The notes under the pieces: generated by a model
Database searches by the model: none
The model's input: only the letters and a program-made list of their open reading frames with translations
Told to the model about the DNA's origin: nothing
Part shown: positions 1 through 11,389 of the stretch, in pieces
Numbering within the stretch: the stretch's first letter is position 1
Layout: every line of letters begins with the position of its first letter
Source: Acanthaster planci
Lineage: Eukaryota
NCBI RefSeq assembly: GCF_001949145.1
Contig: NW_019091359.1
Span: 705,366 to 756,165 of the forward strand
DNA: 50,800 nucleotides
Reading direction: 5' to 3'
Made by a program: the position numbers and the translations under genes

Positions 1-147
1 GGGTACCCGATGTTAACAAAAAACGGGTACCCGGTTCTAAAAATACACGCAAATGCACACCCCTACAAGGCACTTGTGAAAGAAAGAGCTGTCTGGTAAA
101 AATGTGAGAGAAAAACCGTTGAAAAAATTTTGCTTTGTAGGAGGACT

Positions 148-345
148 TTCATACCCTGGATGTAAATTTCAAAGATGGATTTGCGCCGGGGAGATGTAAA
201 TTAATTTTGGATTTGTTGCCCTGCCCGACATGTATTTTAACACTGTATATGCTCGGTCTATGCCCCCAAAGGCTTTTGAAAAAACCACAAGTGTACTCGG
301 GTGGGACTCGAACCCTAAACCTCCTGCTTACTAGTGCTGGACGTC
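148..345 (-). mobile_element. tRNA(Thr-like)-derived SINE-like repeat, partial copy
   Basis: The minus strand reads cagcactagtaagcaggaggtttagggttcgagtcccacccgagt, i.e. an anticodon-like loop CTAGTAA plus a perfect Pol III B box GGTTCGAGTCC. Body and tail align by eye with the copy at 12001-12284. Confidence 0.7.
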
Positions 346-1111
346 AGTAGTAGTGTAAATGAAGACAGCGTCCAACCTGGGCTAGGGCGTAACAGGCATA
401 CTTAAATGCGGCTAGGTCTACTGCGATAATATAAGAACTGATTATACCAGGCCTATAACTAGAGAAATGTCTGTTCAAACTTAAAAGTTGGGGGACCGTG
501 TATTTGGGAACCCCATTCCTGTAATAGAGCTTAGGGAGCTGGCAGCTTGTACAATCGTGTCAAAGCAACTTTTTGAAATATTGTCCAATCGCATGGCATA
601 AGAACTAACACAGCATGCACAAAATTACACGCAACAATACAAGCAAATAAATGAACCGGTTTTATTTAGTTTTTAAAGCTGCCATATGGAGGCTCTGCAT
701 GCCCATGGCGGCAGCATGCAAAGAGTGAATAGTTCCAATTAAGCTGCCTGAACAGTAGGTGATTTGGACTATCAAGTTGACCATTTAGGGATCAGGCCCA
801 GGGCACAGTTACGGTACGGGTTATCAATAACCGATTTCACTGATCATTGCAGAAGGAACAATGATTCACATGAAAATAATTGTATGAGATGTCAATGACC
901 ATGTACGTTGCAAGCTTCGCAGCCATGGGTGAAATATGAGTAACGATGAAATTTTAAAAGTAGGCTGACTACTCGTTCGAATGTAACTGAATGAGCGAGT
1001 TTGGAAAGTATTGGTGGCACTCTTGGTCAAAGATCAATCGGGATTAAAACCTGTGCATTCTATGCACACCGTATACATCATGTCCTCATGTTGTGTGTTT
1101 TCCGAGCAATC

Positions 1112-1510
1112 ATGAGCAACGAAACTGCAGGTAGCGATATTTCTATTGACGAAATTAAGCCATGGAATGTACAGACACTGAAGTCTCTTCTACGAGCAAG
1201 AGGAATTAAAATCTCCGTTAGGAAGGAGGAGCTTGTGGCTTTGGTTTTTGCATTTCTTGCCCCATCGCCGAAGGCAGTGAGGTGTAATGGCGATTTTGTA
1301 CAGTTAGTATTAAGCTTACCTAATGGAGATCATCTACCAAACCCAAAGCAGCTCGATAATTGGGAAAGTGAGGAAGAATCTACCAGAAAGTGGCCTCCAA
1401 GAATGGCTATGGAAATTGGTAATTAGTTGGGGAGAAACACAAATGACGAATTCACAAACCGACTTATGAAAGACTTCAAAGACCAAAAGGCATACAGTTG
1501 TTATTCATCG
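1112..1510 (+). pseudogene. Degenerate N-terminus of an ISL2EU-type accessory (SAP/SWIM/YqaJ) protein
   Basis: WNVQTLKSLLRARGIKISVRKEELVALVF is SAP-like, followed by LPNP..W...KWPP and MKDFKDQKAYS across an in-frame TAG at 1424-1426. Same layout as the start of the gene at 40274. Confidence 0.55.
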
Positions 1511-2099
1511 GGGGGGGGTGAGTCCGTTGGAGGTGAGGGCGGGACATTTACACAAAAAAGTACATTTACAGATTTTTCCAAACATTTAAATGGAACTGCC
1601 CCTGTTACAGGTTTGATATTTTGTTGATGAATCTGGCATTCATTTTTATTGTCAACAATGCCCATTACTGTTTTTTTTTCCTTTCCGGCATCCATGTACT
1701 TTTAAGAAAACAACTGCATTCTAGAACAATAAACATTGCTTGTTTTAAATGCCCCAACATCAATCTGCATTTTACACACATGTAGGTTGGACCGTGTGCA
1801 TTGTTGAACTATATAATTATGCATACATGAAAACACCGAGGTAGGTGGCGGCGTCTGTAAAGTAAACGGTATGGAAAGTTTTTTGTAAACATTTTTCAAA
1901 TTAAACGTAAATGCCCACCCTTAGTTGGAGTATCATCCTATCAGCTAGGCAATCAAACACTGTTTCATCAGGGCACAATACATGTCATCGCAACGAGTGA
2001 ATGATATCCCATGGCATACCTAGGTGGCTATTGAGAAGGAGAGTGGACGAGTGTTCACTGCTTATTGCACTTGTTTTGCTGGGTAAGTATTCCAAGCTA

Positions 2100-2340
2100 T
2101 GATAAACTTCGGGAAACTGGGAATTTTGTGTGTGTGTGTAAGAATTCTGTCTCTATTAGTTTTGCAGGCATTTTCTTGTCCATGTTGATTAATCCAAGTG
2201 TTAAATATTGCCGAGGCTGCACCATTAGAAATTCCAAACACACCAGTGAGAAAAGACATTGTTGGATCTTACCTAAGTTTCAACAGCACTAAAACAAATT
2301 CATGCCTTGAGCNTTAATTGTCTAGGCCATCCTGGTGCCT
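2100..2340 (-). pseudogene. Fragment of an ISL2EU/Harbinger-type transposase (HTH_Tnp_4-like region)
   Basis: With frameshifts the minus strand gives G.PRQL.LK.EF..VLLKLR*DPTMSFLTGVFGISNGAASAIFNTWIN, matching the HTH that precedes DDE_Tnp_4. It is convergent with the ORF at 1112. Confidence 0.6.
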
Positions 2341-4429
2341 TTGTCTGCTATGTCAAATTGTAAACAGGTACAAGGCTAGCTCGCCTGGCAGTGGCAAGGG
2401 TAACGAAGCTGATTGCAACCCTTGTATATTGTGGACAAGGACAAACTCATGTCAGCTTTGTTCGTATGGGGCATTTCCTTGAAATCCTTCCCTAAAAACT
2501 TGACTTACCAAAATGATAAAATGATCCTACGACGGACCACGATGAGCGTCCGGTCCTTACCGTGCATACACTAATGAATGACGCTTGCAGACTTTAATCC
2601 TGATTGACCCTTGACTGAAGGGGGCCACCAATACTTTCTGAACTTGCTTATTGCGCATGCACATTGTTAAAAAGCATCGAACTGTAGTTTATGCCCAATC
2701 TTGCCCTACATTTCAACATTTGGATTCACCTTGGTTATGTTGGAAGATGACTACGACTTCATGCTCAATAACTTTAGGGATGATGTCGTGAAAAGAGGGC
2801 AGTGTTTTGAGGGAAATTATGAGGGGGGGAGAAAGTGAGTGTTTTAACACATGACACACGGTGGAGTCAAATTTGCATGGCTGGTTTATCAGTGAAGAAG
2901 TCACATTTTCTCACAATTTACAATTCAAGATTTTCAAAATATAGGGTCAGTGCAATAAAGAGAGCAGAAAGAGTTTTATATACGCACAACACTGTTTTTC
3001 CTTTGAAACGTTATAAAAGCCATCTGAAAGTGGTGACATGTCCTAAAAGTTTAAATTTAGCAATGAAAATTCTGAAGCATGTACAAAAAAACACAGTTTT
3101 TTCAGACAAGTACTGTGGGTTTGTGGACAGGGCCTCAAGTGTTCGTATATGGAACTCTCTCCCCCACCCCAAATATATAATTCCTAAAAGTTAAGGCACA
3201 ATTCTGTGCAACAGCACACATTTTTATCCCTATGAATGTTGACTGTACTATCTGCCCTTTGCTGCATTTTTAGTGATCTTACCTCGACTGTGTTGATCCA
3301 CTTCCACCACTTGCTATTTTCAAAAAGGGTATTTTGTGACATAAGCGCATGGCCCTTGCTGGCGGTAAAACCAAACATTACTTCTCCATATTACTCCCAA
3401 AATGCATGACGGCTGTTTCATGTCAGAAAAGATTAAAAGATTAGAAATAACTTGTAATCTCAAAGCAATTTGCATACCAAAACATCAAATAAAAAGATCG
3501 TAATAGGCTACTTGTCCTTGCTGATCGCGCCGTTACTCACGACCGCCCGTGCTCCCTATCACCCTCGAAATGCGTATTCCTCACATGAAACAGCACATGT
3601 TGTCTATGGCTTAAAAATTGTGAATCTTGCTGTGTTGTCAACGGTCGAGGTAATATCACAAAAAATGCAGCAAATGAAAGCACAGATAGTTGAGTCAACT
3701 GTCAGGGTTAAAATGTGTGCTGTTGCATAAAATTGTGCGGCAACTTTTGCCATGTTTGCACAGACATTTCTTATAGATGGCCAAGGATATAGCAAGGTGA
3801 GATCCAGGCCACACTCGTGGGGCTAGGACACCTCGACCTTTTCTTCAAACCTTTTCAACATGCTCATTGCATGCATCCTGGCCGAGACCCACAAATTGCG
3901 CCCTTTGTGTACTGCTACTGTACTCTGTATGTCGATGGAGGACTATACAAAGGGCCCCTGTTTACTTGGGGCCTGTTTGTTTCACTTGGATCTAGATCGC
4001 GATATTGGACGTTATTTCATTGACAACAAAGCCCGCCTAATTATTTAATGGATAGAGCTAACCAGTATTTGGATCAAAGCCCAACTCTTAAGTCACAACT
4101 CCTTGTGACTCCTGGATGGTTGTTTTAATACATACAGTGCAACAGTGTGAAAAGAAATTCCTTGATTAGGAATGTTAGATAAAGTGGAAGTATTAACACT
4201 AAGCAGGTATACATGTATTTCTTCCAAGTTAGTATATAAAATGCAGTGTTTGATATTGTCATCCAATCCCTTGACGCATTGAAAAAGGTTAATTATTAAC
4301 AAAGCTTAAGTTACGACACAAGAATACCTCAGTAGGTGGGAGCCGGGTGAAAGGTTAATCCCACCATGCCCAGCGTACCCCAAGTTAGGGGTGGTCCTGA
4401 CACTTTACTCATTTTTTTTATACTTTTGG

Positions 4430-5715
4430 AGTAGCAGTCATCGAGCATTCTCGAGTTTACAGAAAAAAGTTATCGGGAACTACTCATACTTGCTGAAAAC
4501 AACAATGTTCATGTCTTGCCTGTCTCACCCATGGGAACATGCAATCGTAACGATTACATCACAGCAATGCACTTGCATCAGTGTCAATTTAGGGTTTTAC
4601 GGGAAAAGAGTTTTCACTACTTGAACTGCTCGAACGCGCTGAAAACAAAGTCAAAATTGAACCCTCTGGTAAAAATGGCTTGGTCCTCAAAACTTATGTC
4701 CGCAATGAGAGCTCACGTTTTATAATCTTTTGAAGTGGCGGAATTTATGAAGATTAGAAGGTTTAGAAACAACTATTGTACCAAAACTGTTTAACACAGA
4801 TGTGAGGCAATTTTTTGGAAATTACAAACAAAAAAATAAAGAACAAAGTAATTTCTGTGAGTAGAGACCTCGGAAGTTTTAAACAAAACAGCAAACTGCA
4901 ATTGAAGTCAAATTTTTGAAAGAGAGCAACAATGTAGTTACATCAATCTACATTACATTTAATACCAAACAAACGGTCTCTTTGAATGAAATACAAATTA
5001 TGTCTACCCTAAAGGACCAAAGAGAAGATCTGCTTTCTAAAATTGAAGAGTATGCAGGAATGGGCTTGAAGTTAATTTTTGTTTCAATTTCTGGAATTTA
5101 TATTAACATTATGCATTATCGACCATTTAGAGCAAATACTTACATTGATTTACCAAGGTACTTGGGAAAAAAAGGGCAATTGTCTACGTGAAAAAGATGA
5201 CAATGAATGCATCAGGTGGTTTTTGAGAGCTGCCTTAAAATTTACACCCACAAGATTGAACGCAGAATTGAAGCCAACCCTAATTACAAATTTCATGTAG
5301 AAAGGACGACAAATACAACACAGATGATAATTTAAATTTTAAAGACAATGACTTTCCTACTCGTGTACAAGCAGATCACATTACGAAAAATAGAAAAGCA
5401 AAATGAGCTGAGCAAAGTGTTGGGATATATAGCCAATACTATTGGATCAGAAGTTTCTCAAGATTGAGGATTGACATAAAACCTACAAAAAAAAAATTGT
5501 TGTTATCGTTGCCTCTCGCATTTTTATGGCTAAGATAACCTTAACCTTCGTGAACAAGATGGCCAAAGTGGAGATTCTCCACTGTCAAAAGTTGTATTAA
5601 CGAAGGGAGAGGAAGGAAAATATATTATGAAGGTTAAAATCTTTAAACAACAACATACACAACATAAACAACAAGCACCATTTGTGATTTATGCCGATTT
5701 TTAATCTGTATTGTA
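4430..5715 (+). pseudogene. Polinton/Maverick (adintovirus-like) protein-primed DNA polymerase B, degenerate 5' part
   Basis: Motifs HYRPFRANTYIDLPRYLGKK, DDNECIRWFLRAAL, LNFKDNDFPT...KIEKQN and QAPFVIYADF* (Exo I YADFE, about 5672-5703), broken by frameshifts and stops. Confidence 0.8.
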
Positions 5716-5719
5716 ACAA

Positions 5720-8006
5720 AATTACAAGTTCAAGTACTGCGGTTATTATTATTTAGTTGTTATATGTAAGAGCATCATGTAAGACAGACATGTTTGTGAC
5801 AAGCTCCCGGGAATCGTCTCAAAATTATCTCCAATGTAGCCAGCCAGTATGACAAATGTGAAATAATTAGAAAGAAATAACATCAACATGCTAAAACGAG
5901 TAGAGAAAGAAACTTTACCATCTTCAACTGGGCCTGGTGACTCGATCAGTCCACCTTCTGATAACCCTACAACCAATTCCTCAACTACCTACGATGGTGA
6001 CGCCATTGATGGCCTGAGACACAAAATCTGCAACCTGGCTGCTGCCCTATTCAACCAGGAATCGCTACTTGGCAGAGTGACAGAGAGCAAAAAAATGTAA
6101 GCGGACAAGGCTGAGCCACTCAATTTCTCGGCATCTACAATCAAAGATCTAGAATCCAAAACCAAGATGCTACTCATGAAAATGGCAAGTACAACAAGCC
6201 AGCTGGAGGCCACCCAAAAAAGAATAGCTCACCTTGGGGAGCTGTTCTTCAACAAGAGAGGTATTCATGTAACTTCATTCTGTGGTTCAAGGGCGTACCA
6301 GAGACACAATCAAAAGATTCGATTGTCCCATTCAACTAGTTAAAAAAATTCCTTCAACTGAGATTCGGAATGGCAGATATGGAGATCGAGAATGCCCACA
6401 GAACTGGTAAACCACATAAATCTGAATTAGATAAACCATGGCACATCTTGGTGAAATTCTTGAAGGCCATGAAGGTATCCCTGGCAGTCTGGAATCTTCG
6501 TGTTCAGGGATATGCCCGCTGCTGATGTGGTAAAAAAGAGATCCTTGTGTGACATGCAGAGGGCATATCGAGATGGGAAGAATCTGGTCTTTGGGAACGG
6601 CGACCTCTACATTAAGTATATCCCAGCTCCTGAATCAGTTTAATAACCTGCTAATAGCGTGATTCTTGAGAGAATCGTAAGTTGATTGTCCAATGCTGCA
6701 ACTACATCGTTTGTGTTGATGTATGTTCCTTTCATTTGTTAGTTAATGTACCTCTGTGTCCTTAATGTTTATTAATTTGTTTTGCTTTCATATTTGCTAT
6801 ATAAGCACTGTAAGTAACTCAATTTAAAATCAAGGGTTCATGTGCCAGTTAAATTTCCCTGTCAGGTTGGCGGTAACCCCGTGAAAAATAACCAATTTTT
6901 TTTTTCTGTGATGTGAATACTGTACTTGCCTTGATCTCATTGACTACTCTAATTTTGCTGACGATAATTTGATTTTTGGTGTTGTCCTTGTTGTCCGAGT
7001 AGTATCCTCCCATTTAGTTGGCTTGGTTCTCAAGAATTTAATTTGGTGATTTCTGACTTGAATTCAAGTCACTCAAATATAAATTATTCATAAAATCTCC
7101 CGGCCCTTTTGGATTTAAACTAAGAACCTATTGAATTACCTAATGGTGAAGATCAGGATAATCCCTTTTTTAGAAATTTATGCTACTACTCACTTGACAA
7201 CTTGATTAACTTTTTAATTATGACAAATTCGATAAGTTTTCACTTTAACATCATCAGGGGTTTAACTAAAAATTTGAAGCGACAAACTTTGTTTACATTC
7301 CTTAAATCATAATTTTTCTGTAGTAGGCTTATCCAAGATGTAATTGAATGCAAATTCTTCCATGAATCAACTCAATATACCTGGTTATACATTATTGGCA
7401 AAAAAAGAGAGGGTAGAATCGGTGATGGAGTTGCTCTTTGTATATCCTTCGTCTTAGAACAGATCTAAATAACATCAATGCCGGCTCTTGAATGTACATG
7501 TTATAATTTGAGTTGTTTATAAAGCTCCTGATGCCAGTTTGGAAAAATTTTTGATGTTGTTAAACATTGTTTCAGCATTTATTCAATGAAAATGATCCAC
7601 AAGCTGATCAGGGTAGCAAATACATCACCTACTCTTATTGACAATATTTTACAAATATATAACACTTACCAATATTCTGGCATTATAGTCACCGAGTTAT
7701 CAAAACCACTTCCCAATATTCACCTCATACCCACTTAAAACTAAATCATATTACTCCTCAGTATACTTCATCTCAAGATTACTCACATGAAAATGTAGCG
7801 AAATGCAATCTTCTCTGGATTGGATCTCTGTTTTAAATGGTGGAGATGTTAATTTGGCTTTTAATAATTTTATGGATATTTTCAAAGAAAGCTTGGATAT
7901 GCATGTTCCTATCAAGCAATGTTAACATAAATCGAAGAAATTAATTCCAAAATGTCCTTGGGTCACTGTTAGTTTATGCAAGTCAATTTCTCATAAGAAT
8001 AAGCTG
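5720..8006 (+). mobile_element. CR1/L2-clade LINE, degenerate ORF1 plus APE endonuclease part of ORF2, 3' truncated
   Basis: ORF1 (about 5888-6640): coiled coil, then QERYSCNFILWFKGVPE and IENAHRTG...KPWHILVKFL. ORF2 (about 7200-8006): FHFNI.RGL, IPGY...REGRIGDGVAL, RVANTSPTLIDNIF and KCPWVTVSLCKSISHKNKL. No RT domain visible. Confidence 0.85.
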
Positions 8007-10200
8007 CAGTCAAACCTGCCCAGAGAGACCACTCGATGGAAACCGAAAAAAGTGGTCTTTATAGACAGGTGGTTTCTCTACACAGGTAGTGGTACATGTT
8101 CATAAAAGTAGTGTCAGTCAAACCAGCCTTATTAATAACCGTTGTGTTCTTACATCTATCCCAAACTAAGGTACAGTGTAGATGCTTTGTGGGATTTTTT
8201 ATTGGAAAAAAATATGCAGCATATTTATTTCATTCACGTAATGCTTTGTTAAACATGTATTTTTTACATTTTTAAAAACTTTTTTCTTAATAAGTGGGGA
8301 ATCAAAAGCAAGATGATGAGCGGGGAGTCGTTTTATTTAAACACCTGTTTATTATGCATGTGAGAATAAGCTACGCATTACCGGCACAACGATGGGGACG
8401 TTTCTCACTCAATGCCATATAATGTTGGCCCTGAAAAGAGCTGTTTGGTTTTTGTTGGCTCTGAAAAGAGCTGTTGGGTTTTGTGTAGCCTTTTTTGGCC
8501 CAAAAGCTTGGGTGTTCAGTTCAAACTTTTTTGAAGAAGTCCAGAAGTGATGACTGGGTGGGTGCTTGATGCTGATGCAGACTTTCTGCCGCAACCTCCT
8601 CCATGTCCATACAGGCATCCACCAGGCCAGCACAACCTTTCATGATAGCAAACTTCGTCATTTCTATCAACATGGCTGCACACTGGTCAAAGATCTTGAC
8701 AGTGCTGGAGCAAGATTCTTCTTCATTGTCCTCCTCTTCATTAGTGTCAGAGCCTTCGTTGTCATGGCATGCATGGAAGCATGGCTGGAGGTCAGCCATG
8801 GATGTGTCTGGATTACTGTCAGCAGTAGCCAGTCCTTCATCTAGAACAGTGAGTTGTTGCAGGGAAATGGTAAGTGCGTTGTGACAAGCAGACTCCAGAG
8901 CAGCATCTTCTTTTCCTCTTGCTGTTTCTTCTTCAGTGACCGTGTCTGCCCCAACCCCACATTTTCTGAAGCACTTTTGGATGGTTTTGCTGTCAACATC
9001 CCTCCAGGACTGGTCAACCCAGTAGATGGTTTGAAGAAGTTTGTTGCTTTCAACAGCTCAGGGCCAATCATCTCTTTGTTTGTCTCCAACTTCTGCAGTA
9101 TGCTGCACAGCTGCTTTTTCCTGAATTTGAGTTTAAGTGCTTTGATGATGCATTGGTCCATACATGTAGGTTGCATAATGGAGGTTGTGTTTGGTGGCAG
9201 AAAGACGAGCTTGATGTTTTTCAGTTGCAGGTGTGGATGACAAGTGGCGTTGTCCAGCAACATGAGAATTTTTTTCTTCTGGTGGCCCATCTTCTTGTGC
9301 AGCTTCTTCATGTACAACTCAAACATGTTACTGGTCATCCAGACTTTTTTGTTGGCGTGGTAGTCTACAGCTACATCCTCTTGCTGCAGTCTACTAAAGC
9401 AATGAGGGTTGATTGACTTGCCGATGATGAGTGGCTTTTCTTTCTCCCCTTGGGCGTTGGCACAAAGTATCATAGTTAGTCGCTCCTTGGAGTGCTTGCC
9501 CCCCCCCCGCAATCTTAGCCCTTCATGCGAAGTGTGGAATCGAGGGATGCTTTGAAGAAGAGCCCAGATTCATCCATGTTGTAGATGTCTCTGGGATTGT
9601 AGCCAGCACAAAGTTGAGGGACTTTCTTCAGCCAGTCGTCAACAGTGTTTTGTCCACACCACCGCTCTCACCACACATCTTGCCATAAACTATACTGTGC
9701 CGTTTCTTGAATGACTTGAGCCACCCGTTCGATGCCTTGAAGTCAGAAACTCCAAGTTCTTTCGCAAACTCGAGGGCCTTTTCTTGAAGAAGTGGTCCAG
9801 AGACCGGGAACAGTTGCACTGTGGCATCCTTGAACCATTCGTACAGTAAAGCATTTATTTCTTCATTGCCTGTCTTGCGAATTTTCCCTCTTTCGATCAA
9901 GAAGAGCATTCCCTTCAAATTCCTCAATCTACTCACTTTTCTGCTTCAAGATGCATTTTCCCGCTATGATGGCCTCGCATTCCCAAATTCTCAACGATAG
10001 CACAGCAGCTCATCTTCTTGTCTGTGTGCATCCGGATCACGTCCATTTTCATTTCCAGACGAAGGTGATTCCGGAAACTCTTTCTGGGATTCGGGTTGAA
10101 GGATTCAGAGCCATATTTTCTCCTTTTCAAAACCAGCGATGTTGTAACAAAATTGCTCAGATTGGCACGACAATATAGAGAAAGACATATGTCTGCAAAG
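8007..10200 (-). mobile_element. Tigger/pogo (Tc1-mariner superfamily) DNA transposon with frameshifted transposase
   Basis: TIR-like end CAGTCAAACCTG at 8007. Minus-strand pieces give HTH_psq (LRLEMKMDVI), a CENP-B HTH (LYEWF...GPLLQEKA...FKASNGWLKSFKKRH) and DDE_1 motifs (IYNMDESGLF, SKERLT, LLDNATCHP, FLPPNTTS..QP..MDQ). The other TIR was not found. Confidence 0.92.
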
Positions 10201-11389
10201 TTCTGTAAACACACTAAAACCATGTCGCTAGGTCAGCCAAGTGTTTTAAAATGTAAAACTGTATTGGGCAAATTTAAATGAACCAGAGATAATTGTAAAA
10301 ATATATTGAAATAACTTTGTTTTTTTATCTATAATTCTGCCTTTAAGAATTAAATTTTTCAATTTTTAGAGCCATTTAAAATAACGTTTTGTTTGAATGA
10401 GACTATTCAGAGGTCACGGATCACGTATGATGTGTATGCATGAACGCTCTCAGGGTGCATTCCACCAAATGGTTGTATTTCTGCATGCAAGCTCATTAAT
10501 ATTTTGTGATCCTACAGGATTTTTACAATAAGACAGCCCGTAACCAGGAGGGATCATAGAAATATTTCTATAAATCCCGAATTTGGGACTGATAGTTTCC
10601 AGTGCAGGGTATTTCTTTCACAAAAAGCCCCAAATTGCAGGCCTATTTTGAATAGAGGTGGGCAGCTACATTCAGAAATGAACTCTTAGTTTTACTGCTA
10701 TTTTGTGGGTATCTTCCTTAAAAGGCACATAAAACATTTTTTCCGTCACTGAAATTGAAACGAAAAGTGATCTTTTGGCCATAATCTTGAATTTCCAGTG
10801 AAAAAACAGAGGCCAACGTCTTCACAAAAGTCAAGAGGCGGCGCTATTTCAGTCTGATTTTGCACTGTTTTCTATAGGTGCGTATTTGGTGAAGTACAAC
10901 CCTCGACATCTCTTTCAGTTTAGGTTGCAATGTGTGTGTGCGCTCAGGGCACTTGGACCAAACGTTGGCTGGTCTAATGACAAAAGCATTATTGTGGATG
11001 CAACGTATGACCAAGATTAGAACTGTAGAGATCCTGAAAGTATGGCTGGAAGTGACCCCGGCATTGATCACTAATCCTTTTAAGTACTGTAGTTTGGCTT
11101 TTTGAAGGTCTCAGAAATCAAACAATGATTGTGACAGAAGTGTTTTTGAACAGCTGCTTTTTTATGGCTGTCAAGTTGTAGTAGGTGTGCACAAGCTTTA
11201 GTGCCCATGTGGACACAAAAGGGATGGTCAGTGGTCGCGTTGTGCCGTGGGTTGTTCTACACAGCATGTAAACAATAGTTTCTACATGGGGGGATTTGGA
11301 AATGGTCGCTAACCCTAACCCCCTAAGGGTTGCTGGCCTTAACCTTCCCCATTCACACAAAGTTGAACACCCATATGGAAGGAGATTCT

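Noticed and set aside
3135..3170. SVRIWNSLP resembling a CR1/L2 C-terminus
   Set aside because: Too short, with no flanking homology or 3' tail.
11308..11325. Telomere-like ctaaccctaacc
   Set aside because: Only two units; not an interstitial telomere array.
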